NCBI RefSeq assembly: GCF_003367075.2 | Contig: NZ_CP065936.1 | Location: forward strand, 660,001-692,000 | From: Cylindrospermopsis raciborskii Cr2010 | Lineage (GTDB): Bacteria > Cyanobacteriota > Cyanobacteriia > Cyanobacteriales > Nostocaceae | Reading direction: 5' to 3' | Length of the DNA stretch: 32,000 nucleotides | Shown: positions 1 to 8,298 of the stretch, one piece after another | How the letters are laid out: the number at the start of each line of letters is the position of its first letter | Position numbering within the stretch: position 1 is the stretch's first letter | The notes under the pieces: model-generated | Database searches by the model: none | Seen by the model: only the letters and a program-made list of their open reading frames with translations | What the model was told of the DNA's origin: nothing | Translations under genes and position numbers: made by a program

Positions 1-2
1 CG

Positions 3-953
3 AGAGCTTATGATATCCCCCACCATAGCGACAATCTAGAAGAAATTTTGGCATTACCAGAAGTGCAAGCGGTGAGTATATCCACACCACCGTTTTTACA
101 TTACCCCATGGGTAAACAAGTATTAGCAGCGGGTAAACACCTCTTATTAGAAAAACCGACCACCCTAAATGTAACTCAAGCTAAGGAACTATATCAACTA
201 GCAAAGGAAAAAAACATTATTGCCACGGTAGATTTTGAATTTCGTTTTGTTCCAGCATGGCAATATTTACATCAGTTATTAAATGACAACTATGTAGGAA
301 ATATTAGACTAATTAAAATTGATTGGTTAGGGTCATCTCGTGCTAACACAGATCGTCCTTGGAATTGGTACTCCCAACAAGAGCAGGGTGGTGGAGTTTT
401 AGGTTCCTTAGGTTCCCATGCGTTTGATTATATTAACTGGTTATTTGGAGAGGTGACAAGACTTAATGCTTACTTAACCACAGCAATTACCCAAAGAAGA
501 GATCCAGTGGATGGAGAGTTAAAGGTAGTGAACAGTGATGATAATTGTTTAATTTCATTAGAGCTAGAGGAAGGAATACCTTGTCAAGTTTGTATTAGTG
601 CAGTAGTGCAAGCCAAGAGAACTCATGCTATCGAAGTGTATGGAGACAAAGGGACATTAATTATAGCGAGTGAGAATCAAAAGGATTATATTTATGGGTT
701 TAGAGTTTGGGGTTGTGAAATTGGGGGAAGTTTCACCGAATTGGAGATTCCTAAACAATTATTATTTCCCCAAGACTACACTGATGGTAGGATTAGTGCA
801 TTTTTGCGAGTTGTAGACCAATGGGTGAATGGAATAGAAACCCAAAAGGAGATTGTTCCGTCATTGAAACAGGGAGTTTATTCCCAACTGTTGATGGATC
901 TGTGTCATCAATCATCTCATTCCAGAACCTGGGTAGACGTGCCAAGTTGGTAA
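3..953 (+). CDS. Gfo/Idh/MocA-family oxidoreductase, 5' end outside the window
   Basis: The reading frame is open to the window edge (RAYDIPHHSDNLEEILALPEVQAVSISTPPFLHYPMGKQVLAAGKHLLLEKPTTLN). The LLLEKP motif is typical of the family. The ORF call at 48 starts at an internal TTG. Confidence 0.88.
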   Translation, partial: RAYDIPHHSDNLEEILALPEVQAVSISTPPFLHYPMGKQVLAAGKHLLLEKPTTLNVTQAKELYQLAKEKNIIATVDFEFRFVPAWQYLHQLLNDNYVGNIRLIKIDWLGSSRANTDRPWNWYSQQEQGGGVLGSLGSHAFDYINWLFGEVTRLNAYLTTAITQRRDPVDGELKVVNSDDNCLISLELEEGIPCQVCISAVVQAKRTHAIEVYGDKGTLIIASENQKDYIYGFRVWGCEIGGSFTELEIPKQLLFPQDYTDGRISAFLRVVDQWVNGIETQKEIVPSLKQGVYSQLLMDLCHQSSHSRTWVDVPSW

Positions 954-963
954 TGATTGTGAC

Positions 964-1608
964 CTACCACACCTTGGCTTGAAAATCCTTTTTCACGTCA
1001 ATAGCTACCGAATCTCCCGCTGGACGGATTAGAAATAGACCTTGTTCTAAGGCGTATTGATCTGCTTTTTCATCCACTTTAATACCCGCCACTGCTCCAT
1101 AAAGCTTATATTTTTTATATTTAGGAAATACATCCTTGAACCGATCAAGTACTTTTATAAATCGTTTAATATCTCGTACCTTTAAGTGAGACTTAACTTC
1201 AATAGCTACAATTTGACCATCATTTTCTGCCCAAATATCAATTTCTATGGAACCTGCATAATCATGAGCTTTTACCTGAAGGGAGGTATAGTGGACATCA
1301 ATACCCTGTTCTTTAAATAATCGTACCGCAGCAGGTCTAACTAAGTTTTCTACAAACTCACCCCATCTACTAGTGATGGATCCCATATACTTATTAGTTT
1401 CAGCCACCATCTTCCTAGTTTCTTCCATAGATATACGGAATTGATCCATCTCTTCTTCATGTTTTCTTTGGCGTTGTTCATATTCTCGTTGACGTTGTTC
1501 ATATTCCCGTTGACGTTCTTGATATAGAAGTTGTTCTACTTCTCGTTGTCTTTCGCTTTCTTTAAATAGGGCAAAAATATCCGCAAGTGTAATGTTTTCG
1601 CTACTCAT
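964..1608 (-). CDS. DUF3782-like protein with N-terminal coiled coil and PD-(D/E)XK-like C-terminus
   Basis: Q/R/E heptad-like repeats, then EIDIWAENDGQIVAIEVKSHL (D...E-x-K arrangement). Confidence 0.7.
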   Translation of the reverse strand: MSSENITLADIFALFKESERQREVEQLLYQERQREYEQRQREYEQRQRKHEEEMDQFRISMEETRKMVAETNKYMGSITSRWGEFVENLVRPAAVRLFKEQGIDVHYTSLQVKAHDYAGSIEIDIWAENDGQIVAIEVKSHLKVRDIKRFIKVLDRFKDVFPKYKKYKLYGAVAGIKVDEKADQYALEQGLFLIRPAGDSVAIDVKKDFQAKVW

Positions 1609-1866
1609 AAGTCTATAACCTTAGGTAAAAATATCTTCCATTCTAACCTATTTCGTTATTGTACACAGGAAGTGCGATCGCATGTGTATTCACAAAACTT
1701 ATTTTAAATTAAAAGTCTAGTTGTGACAATATTGTATGCAGGTCCTTAATACCCCATTGATGTCACCACAATTTTATTGGTTTTCAGACCTGTTTGAGAA
1801 AATTGGCAATTGTAGGATGGAACCGTGGTACTGTTGTTGAAGTAAATTTTACTGGTATATTGGTGA

Positions 1867-2210
1867 TGAAAATACTTTGGGCATTATTGCCAACAACCCT
1901 AATTGCGCTAAACGCAGGAGAGTTGTTCGCTCAGGAGAAATTTGCAGGAGAATTTAACGGGAATCTCCAGATTGGTAAAACCCACTCCCATGTTTTTTAT
2001 TTTGGTAAAGAAAGTGGAGACACACTAGTTTATTTCTTTGAAACCCAATCCCCTGTGGGTAAAAAAATTATTAGTATCTGTAAGCGCAATAAGCCATGCA
2101 TGGGAAAAGCCCAGCTCCAAATAGTTAAACCTATTCCCAAGGGTATTCCTGAATCCACATCTGGTACTTATAAAATTATCTCGGTTTCCCAAGTGAACGG
2201 GAAAAGGTAA
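1867..2210 (+). CDS. small putative secreted hypothetical protein
   Basis: The ORF is called at 1794. The ATG at 1867 gives MKILWALLPTTLIALNAGELFAQE, a plausible signal peptide. Confidence 0.5.
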
Positions 2211-2232
2211 ACTGGGGACAGATATATTAGTT

Positions 2233-3489
2233 ATGCATATTGGTTTATATTGCCCGGTTGAAACAGGCCATCTAAATACCATGTTACCGATTGGTGAAGC
2301 CTTACTCCTAAAAGGTCACAGGGTAACCTTTGTAGGTATACCCGATGCTCAAGCAAGAGTTGAAGCACTTGGTATTCATTTTTTTCCAGTGGCTATGGAA
2401 TCCTTTCCCCAAGGGAGTATAGAGAAAATCTTTGAAACCTTGGGTAAAAGAGAAGGTCTATCCGCTCTACTTTACACCATAGGAATCTTTCGACACGTTT
2501 CATATATGGTTCTCCAAGATGGGGCGATCGCCTGTAAAGATCTCAAGCTGGATGGAATGGTCATTGATCAAACCAGTACCGAAGCAGTGGCGATCGCCAA
2601 AATTTTGAATATTCCCTATGTTACAGTCTGTAGTGCTTTACCATTTAACCAAGAAGTTGGAATTCCACCTGTTTTTACAACATGGCAATATGGTGACTCA
2701 TGGTTTTTCAAATTGAGAAATCAATTGACTAATTATGTAGGTTCTTTGATAGGAAAAATTATCCACGAACCAGCAAACCAGTTTTTAAAAAATAATCAGT
2801 TGCCCATACCAACAACTTTTGATTCTTCCCTGGCAATTATCTGTCATCAACCAAAATCTCTGGAATATCCCCGAAAAACCTTGCCTGATAACTTTCATTT
2901 TACTGGACCATTTCATACCACAACAAGCCGCAAATTTGTTGATTTTCCCTGGGAAAAATTATCTGATAAACCCCTAATTTATGCCTCCATGGGAACATTG
3001 CAAAATCGCCTGAAAAATACCTTTCAAACCATTGCTGCAGCTTGTGAGAATTTGGATATTCAATTAGTGATTTCTCTGGGTGGTTCTGCTAATCCTGAAG
3101 ATCTACCACCCCTACCGGGTCATCCCCTGGTTGTTCGTTATGCTCCTCAAATTGAACTACTCCAGCGAGCGAGTTTAACAATTACTCATGGAGGTATGAA
3201 TACCACTATTGAATCTTTGACTCATGGTGTTCCCCTGGTGGCTATTCCTATTACTAATGATCAACCAGGTGTCGCAGCTAGAATTCAATGGTCTGGTTGC
3301 GGCGAATTCCTCGAATTAAAACAATTAACAGTGCAGAAGTTACGTGAAAAGGTAAAACGGGTTTTAGAGGTCCCCAGCTATCGAGATTGCGCCCAACAAT
3401 TTCAACAGGAAATTAACCATTCTGGAGGTATTAATCAGGCGATCGCCATTATTGAACAAGCTATCTTGACTAAACAACCTGTGGTCTAG
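2233..3489 (+). CDS. glycosyltransferase, MGT/UGT-like (GT1)
   Basis: N-terminal GHLNTMLPIGEALLLKGHRVTFVG and C-terminal QIELLQRASLTITHGGMNTTIESLTHGVPLVAIPITNDQPGVAARI donor-binding motif. Confidence 0.88.
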   Translation: MHIGLYCPVETGHLNTMLPIGEALLLKGHRVTFVGIPDAQARVEALGIHFFPVAMESFPQGSIEKIFETLGKREGLSALLYTIGIFRHVSYMVLQDGAIACKDLKLDGMVIDQTSTEAVAIAKILNIPYVTVCSALPFNQEVGIPPVFTTWQYGDSWFFKLRNQLTNYVGSLIGKIIHEPANQFLKNNQLPIPTTFDSSLAIICHQPKSLEYPRKTLPDNFHFTGPFHTTTSRKFVDFPWEKLSDKPLIYASMGTLQNRLKNTFQTIAAACENLDIQLVISLGGSANPEDLPPLPGHPLVVRYAPQIELLQRASLTITHGGMNTTIESLTHGVPLVAIPITNDQPGVAARIQWSGCGEFLELKQLTVQKLREKVKRVLEVPSYRDCAQQFQQEINHSGGINQAIAIIEQAILTKQPVV

Positions 3490-3574
3490 TCACCCACCAG
3501 GGGGTGGGTCATAACCCTGACATAGCAATTAATCTTATTTCAAATCTTATTCCATTTCACAAGAGGTTATAACT

Positions 3575-4384
3575 GTGAAACAATTCATTCAAATTGGTGA
3601 CTATGAGGCCGCCTATATTGTTCAGGGAAAAGGTGAACCATTAGTTTTATTACATGGTTTTTTCGGTAATGGGTCAACCCTAAATTGTCTGGTAGAGCAA
3701 TTACAATCTCAATTTCAATGTTTCAGCTTAGAGCTATTAGGATTTGGTGACTCTTCCAAACCCAAAATTAATTATTTAATTCAGGATCAAGTTGCCTTTC
3801 TCAAGCAATTTGTAGATAATCTCCAACTGCAAAAGTTTTATTTAGCTGGTTATTCCTACGGTGCATGGGTCGCTTCAGCCTATGCTATTCATTACCCATT
3901 TAATTTACATGGTTTAGGTTTAATTGCGCCCGCAGGTATTCGTGATGATAGTTTTGTTGGACGTTATGACCACCTTAAACCACTACTTTGGCAGACAAAA
4001 CTTGTGGATTTGGCGATCGCCCTATATAAGCCTTTTGCCTACTTTAGCGGAAACAGGGATGGTTACCAAAAAATTGCCCAAGCACGTCATGCGCTGGTGA
4101 CTCAACCTGCTGCTGCTGCTATGTTAAAGAGCAGATTAAAACCAACGGATGCTGTGGATACGGTGGAAAAACATATCCATCAAATTTCGACACCAACAAT
4201 AGTTATTGCTGCGGAAAATGATACTACTATTCCCCAATGGCACAGTGAAACCTATGCGAAAACCATTCCCCAAACCGCTTTTTATGTTATCCCAGATGCT
4301 GAACATGACTTTGTTAATACTCATGCTCCGGATATTTGCCGCTTAGTTTATTCTTTTTTTACATCGGTAGCAATAGATGTCTGA
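3575..4384 (+). CDS. alpha/beta-fold hydrolase
   Basis: LVLLHGFFGNGS, nucleophile elbow AGYSYG, C-terminal PDAEHDF. Confidence 0.88.
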   Translation: MKQFIQIGDYEAAYIVQGKGEPLVLLHGFFGNGSTLNCLVEQLQSQFQCFSLELLGFGDSSKPKINYLIQDQVAFLKQFVDNLQLQKFYLAGYSYGAWVASAYAIHYPFNLHGLGLIAPAGIRDDSFVGRYDHLKPLLWQTKLVDLAIALYKPFAYFSGNRDGYQKIAQARHALVTQPAAAAMLKSRLKPTDAVDTVEKHIHQISTPTIVIAAENDTTIPQWHSETYAKTIPQTAFYVIPDAEHDFVNTHAPDICRLVYSFFTSVAIDV

Positions 4385-4421
4385 AGATCTACATTATACG
4401 GTTTTCAGGTATCCCATTTTT

Positions 4422-5165
4422 CTAATGATATTGAGTTAAATCATTTTGAAAAAATAACTCCATGCGATCGCCCCGGAATCGAGTTACCCCATATTCAATT
4501 ACATTACCACTTTGATCCACATTCACAGACTCAGCCAACAGAATAGGTTGATTATCGGAGAGTTGCAACAAAATGGCATCTTGCGGTTGCACTAACCGAG
4601 CAGAAACAGCTGTACTGCGTCGAATATGGTCACATCCATACACCTGATACAAAAACCTTGATATGGATTTCTCTGTCTCTAAAATCTGAAGATGGCTGGG
4701 TTCAAAAAAGTCTGGGAACCTTTTTAATGGAAAATATCCACTACATACACTAATGGGTTGGTCATTAGCAAAACCTAAACGTTCAACGAGGGCTACTCTC
4801 TCCCCAAAACCAATTTCTAACCCTTTGGATATTGCTATATCTGCTGATATCTCTAAAATACGTAATAACTCAAACTGAGCTTGCCAACCCTGGGCTTTAA
4901 GAGTTTGAGTGTAACGCACTCTCTTACCAATAGGATAACGAATTGTCCTAGCAGCTACAAAGGTTCCTCTCCCCCTCTCTACTCTTATCCATCCTTCATT
5001 TTTTAATAAACCAATGGCTTGTCTAATAGTATGCCGATTTACTCTAAACTGTTGTGCTAAGTTTGTTTCGGTAGGTAGTTGTTCCCCTGCACTAAAAACC
5101 CCTTGTAAAATCTTTTCCCGCAGTTGATGGGCAATCTGATTGTAAATGGGAATAATTTCTCTCAT
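4422..5165 (-). CDS. phnF: GntR/HutC-family transcriptional regulator, PhnF-like
   Basis: N-terminal GntR winged helix (LPTETNLAQQFRVNRHTIRQAIGLLKNEGWIRVERGRGTFV) with a UTRA-like domain. Divergent from phnH. Confidence 0.8.
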   Translation of the reverse strand: MREIIPIYNQIAHQLREKILQGVFSAGEQLPTETNLAQQFRVNRHTIRQAIGLLKNEGWIRVERGRGTFVAARTIRYPIGKRVRYTQTLKAQGWQAQFELLRILEISADIAISKGLEIGFGERVALVERLGFANDQPISVCSGYFPLKRFPDFFEPSHLQILETEKSISRFLYQVYGCDHIRRSTAVSARLVQPQDAILLQLSDNQPILLAESVNVDQSGNVIEYGVTRFRGDRMELFFQNDLTQYH

Positions 5166-5217
5166 ATTTTATATCTATCCTATTGCTATTTACTCAAAAA
5201 TCTGTTAATTTATCTTT

Positions 5218-5233
5218 TGTCTAGATGTCTAGA
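5218..5233. promoter_or_regulatory. candidate PhnF operator: two tandem TGTCTAGA octamers
   Basis: TGTCTAGATGTCTAGA lies in the ~105 bp divergent phnF/phnH intergenic region. Confidence 0.4.
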
Positions 5234-5270
5234 TAGGTTAAAAATAGTTTAAAACACAATCTTGTCATGA

Positions 5271-5858
5271 ATGTCAAACATACTTACTCAAATACCGGGG
5301 TTTTCTGATCCTGTCCATGATGCCCAGCAAACATTTCGCGCTTTGCTATGTGCTGATGCACAACCAGGAAAACCTGAAAAAATCCATGTCCAGATTAAAG
5401 TCCCTCAGGGGTTAACGCCAGCTTGCGGTGCAGCTTGTCTGACTCTGTTGGATTTAGATGTCAAACTGTGGATACAACCCACATTCTCTTCCTCAGTGAG
5501 AAATTGGTTGTTGTTTCACACTGGGTGTCAACTAACACCAGACCCACAGCAAGCGGACTTTGCCTTAATTCAAGACTTGGCATCTATGGCGGAATTATCT
5601 GTTTTTAACCCAGGAACAGCGGAAAAACCGGAAGATTCCACAACCTTGCTGATACAGATAGCAAGTTTTAATGGCGGAAAATCTATCACCTTAACAGGTC
5701 CAGGAAATTTATCACCTAAAACCATAGCACCTAGCATTACTAGCACTTTTTGGGAATTCTGGGAACAGAATTATCCGCTTTATCCTCTGGGAATAGATGT
5801 TTTTCTATTTACAGAAGATTCCGTAATGGGACTACCCAGAACTGCAAAACACTCATGA
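5271..5858 (+). CDS. phnH: C-P lyase subunit PhnH
   Basis: PhnH-like sequence: FSDPVHDAQQTFRALLCAD, PGIDVFLF-like LGIDVFLFTEDSVMGLPRT. Beside phnF. Confidence 0.85.
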   Translation: MSNILTQIPGFSDPVHDAQQTFRALLCADAQPGKPEKIHVQIKVPQGLTPACGAACLTLLDLDVKLWIQPTFSSSVRNWLLFHTGCQLTPDPQQADFALIQDLASMAELSVFNPGTAEKPEDSTTLLIQIASFNGGKSITLTGPGNLSPKTIAPSITSTFWEFWEQNYPLYPLGIDVFLFTEDSVMGLPRTAKHS

Positions 5859-6331
5859 AACTGAAAATTCGCCTAACTGATTCTCAGGATTGGTCAATAT
5901 TAAATCAGTTATATGCTGATATGGATCAAAAAGCTCCCCTAGCTGACCATCGAGTGCAAGAGATTTTCACAGAAATTAGTCAGATTCCCAATTACCATAT
6001 CTACCTTGCGGAATTAGACTATGAACCAGTGGGGACATTTAGTCTTCTGTATGTACCGACAATGATGCATCCTGGTTATCATAGATTTGCCATATTGGAT
6101 GCAGTCACAGTTATCTCCTCTCTTAGAGGTCAGGGGATTGGCACAGAAATGGTTAGATTTGCCCTGGAGCAGAGTGTAGCAGCAGGTTGTTATAAGGTTA
6201 CTTTATCTTCCAACTTAAAGCGTGATAATGCTCATAGGTTTTATCAGTCATTAGGATTTGAACAACATGGTTGGAGCTTTAACTGTGTAGTTCAACCAGA
6301 TATTAAACAGGATGGGTTAGCAGTAGGGTAA
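5855..6331 (+). CDS. GNAT N-acetyltransferase, PhnO-like
   Basis: The ATG at 5855 overlaps the phnH stop (ATGA). RGQGIGTEMVRFA acetyl-CoA loop. LSSNLKRDNAHRFYQSLGFEQ resembles PhnO LSTNVKRHDAHRFY. The longer ORF from 5750 is less likely. Confidence 0.75.
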   Translation: MKLKIRLTDSQDWSILNQLYADMDQKAPLADHRVQEIFTEISQIPNYHIYLAELDYEPVGTFSLLYVPTMMHPGYHRFAILDAVTVISSLRGQGIGTEMVRFALEQSVAAGCYKVTLSSNLKRDNAHRFYQSLGFEQHGWSFNCVVQPDIKQDGLAVG

Positions 6332-6342
6332 CCTATGGGGGT

Positions 6343-6367
6343 GTTGGGTTTCATACTTCAACCCAAC
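6343..6367. repeat. GTTGGGTT hairpin, dispersed repeat copy 1
   Basis: GTTGGGTT-TCATACTTC-AACCCAAC, 8-bp perfect stem. Confidence 0.6.
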
Positions 6368-6473
6368 CTACTAGGTTCATCTTATATTTAATTCCACCCA
6401 CCTACTTAGATCGGAACTGATTAATAGTTAATAGGTTTTCAACAAACATATTAGAAAAATAGCAGGAGAATCA

Positions 6474-7643
6474 GTGACAACCAGCAAAGTTGCCATTCAA
6501 GGAGTTAAAATCCTGACTTCTAGAGGATGGGTAGAAGACGGCACGGTTTTGATAGAGGATGGGATATTTACCAGTGTTAACCAATGTGAGGTTCCCCATG
6601 GATTTGAGATAGTGAATGGACAGGGTTTACAAATGTTACCCGGGATTATTGACCTGCATGGGGATGCTTTTGAAAGAATGATTTGTCCCAGGCCTGGAAT
6701 AAATATTCCCCTGTCTATGGCTATGGTTGAAAACGACCGAAATCTTTTGGCATGGGGTATCACGACTTTTTACTGCTCTATTACCGATTCCTATGAACCT
6801 GGTTTACGCAGTCGCGAAACGGCTGGTCATATTATGGAATTTATTTTAGGCACGGGTAAGGAGTTTTTAAAAACTAATCACCGGATTCATATTAGACATG
6901 AGGAAGCTAATGTTTTGGGACATGATGAGTTGTGTGAATGGTTGGAGACGGGTCGTATAGATATTTTATCGATAAATGACCATCTACCATCTACTCCAGA
7001 AGAAAAGAGATGGTATAGATACCTAAATAGTATTAAACAAAGAACTTCTTTATCTCTGGAGGAAATAACTCAACTGGTTATGCAGGTGAGGGAAACAAGA
7101 GACCAAGCTGATGAGCAAATAGAAACTCTCATCAAAATCGCCCAGGGGCGGAATATTCCTCTGGCTTCCCATGATGATGATACACCAGAAAAGGTGGCTC
7201 TTAGTCAAAAAAGGGGGGTGGCAATTGCGGAATTTCCGGCGAGTGTGGATTTGGCGGCTCAGTGTCAAGCTTATGGAGCTTCTGTACTCATGGGGGCACC
7301 TAATTTAGTGCGTGGAGGTTCTCACCTTGGTTTAATGAGTGTGGGGACGGGGATAAAATCTCAAGTTATTGATTGTCTTTGCTCGGACTATCACTATCCC
7401 TCATTATTTTATAGTCCCTTCAAAATAGCAGAAGAGGGACTAATGTGTTTTGAAGAAGCATGGTCGTTGGTTTCTAGTAAACCTGCTGCTGCTGCTGGTA
7501 TTGGCGATCGTAAGGGACAAGTTGCTCCGGGTCTGGATGCTGATTTCCTCTTAATATCACCGGATTTACCTGTGCTCTGTGCTATTGTATCTGTTTATGT
7601 GTTGGGAAAAGAAGTTGTCTATTATCCTCTGAAAAAACTATGA
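6474..7643 (+). CDS. phnM: alpha-D-ribose 1-methylphosphonate 5-triphosphate diphosphatase PhnM
   Basis: Amidohydrolase motif LPGIIDLHGDAFER; ITTFYCSITD; SICSDYHYPSL-type motif (CLCSDYHYPSL); GLDADFLLI. GTG start with upstream AGGAG. Confidence 0.92.
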   Translation: MTTSKVAIQGVKILTSRGWVEDGTVLIEDGIFTSVNQCEVPHGFEIVNGQGLQMLPGIIDLHGDAFERMICPRPGINIPLSMAMVENDRNLLAWGITTFYCSITDSYEPGLRSRETAGHIMEFILGTGKEFLKTNHRIHIRHEEANVLGHDELCEWLETGRIDILSINDHLPSTPEEKRWYRYLNSIKQRTSLSLEEITQLVMQVRETRDQADEQIETLIKIAQGRNIPLASHDDDTPEKVALSQKRGVAIAEFPASVDLAAQCQAYGASVLMGAPNLVRGGSHLGLMSVGTGIKSQVIDCLCSDYHYPSLFYSPFKIAEEGLMCFEEAWSLVSSKPAAAAGIGDRKGQVAPGLDADFLLISPDLPVLCAIVSVYVLGKEVVYYPLKKL

Positions 7644-7750
7644 ATTTTACTATTGAGGAGGTTTGTCGTTTGTTCGACGAAAAAGGGTCAAAAGAGGAGT
7701 TTATTCGTTTACCTTTTGCTCCAGATGCGGTAAAACTAAGAATTGTTGAT
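7640..7750 (+). pseudogene. probable relic of the phosphonate-operon HD-domain protein, with large internal deletion
   Basis: The ATG overlaps the phnM stop. Translation is MNFTIEEVCRLFDEKGS-KEEFIRLPFAPDAVKLRIVD. The first part resembles the N-terminus and the second the C-terminal region of that family. Confidence 0.45.
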
Positions 7751-7775
7751 TCTTATGGATTTGATTCTTATGGAT
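7746..7775 (+). repeat. perfect 15-bp tandem duplication
   Basis: TTGATTCTTATGGAT twice in a row, at the boundary between the two relics. Confidence 0.95.
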
Positions 7776-7872
7776 GAGCCAACGGGTGGACTGGATGTGT
7801 CAGTTCAAGCTCGATTGCTAGATCTGCTGCGATCGCTGGTTAGAAATTTTAATCTAAGTGTAATTTTAGTGA
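7761..7872 (+). pseudogene. phnK: phnK relic (internal fragment of the C-P lyase ATPase-like subunit)
   Basis: LILMDEPTGGLDVSVQARLLDLLRSLVRNFNLSVILVT matches the PhnK Walker B/D-loop region. The expected Walker A part is absent upstream and the sequence stops matching after ILVT. Confidence 0.82.
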
Positions 7873-8226
7873 CTGTGAACTCATCGTGCGATCGCATTTC
7901 ATAGAGGTTTCCATTAATTCTACTTCCCAGAGGGAAGCGTACCAACGAAAAACTAGCCCCTTGGTACAGCACCGTAGCAAGTTCTACCCATTTTCGCTCG
8001 TATCAGAATAAAAATGAGTCGTTGCCGCTATGTCTTGTCGATATTTGTAAACGCTGCGATGAAATATATCAGGAATTATATCAATTTCGACTTTATTAGA
8101 GAGTATTGGTAATGAAAATTTTGAATTAGTGAATTTAGGACGGTTCTTGACCCGTTGTCAAGGTATCACATCCAAAAGAATAACGGGTAATTGCTACCAT
8201 GGGGAGTGTTTATATCCCGTGGGTTT

Positions 8227-8251
8227 GTTGGGTTGAGCAACGAAACCCAAC
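8227..8251. repeat. GTTGGGTT hairpin, dispersed repeat copy 2
   Basis: GTTGGGTT-GAGCAACGA-AACCCAAC, 8-bp perfect stem. Confidence 0.6.
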
Positions 8252-8270
8252 CTACAAGTCCTCTGGCGAT

Positions 8271-8298
8271 CTCCCATAGGGAGTGCTTCGCAATCGCC
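8271..8298. repeat. CTCCCATAGGGAGTGCTTCGCRATCGCC repeat, copy 1
   Basis: 27/28 identical to 11789-11816. Contains the CTCCC-ATA-GGGAG inverted repeat. Confidence 0.75.

Noticed and set aside
2025-2282. Short antisense ORFs (2025-2282, 4136-4324, 6497-6763, 7050-7268, 13810-14004, 14878-15114, 16838-17101, 19075-19257, 22597-23031, 27398-27580, 28730-28984, 31404-31718)
   Set aside because: Each lies opposite a well-supported gene or coding segment and shows no recognisable motif. They are most likely chance reading frames.
3492-3509. ACCCACCAGGGGGTGGGT hairpin after the glycosyltransferase
   Set aside because: There is a stem but no T-run on either strand, so I did not call it an intrinsic terminator.
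5750-5854. N-terminal extension of the acetyltransferase ORF
   Set aside because: It overlaps phnH out of frame and has no GNAT similarity. The ATG at 5855 overlapping the phnH stop is the likely start.
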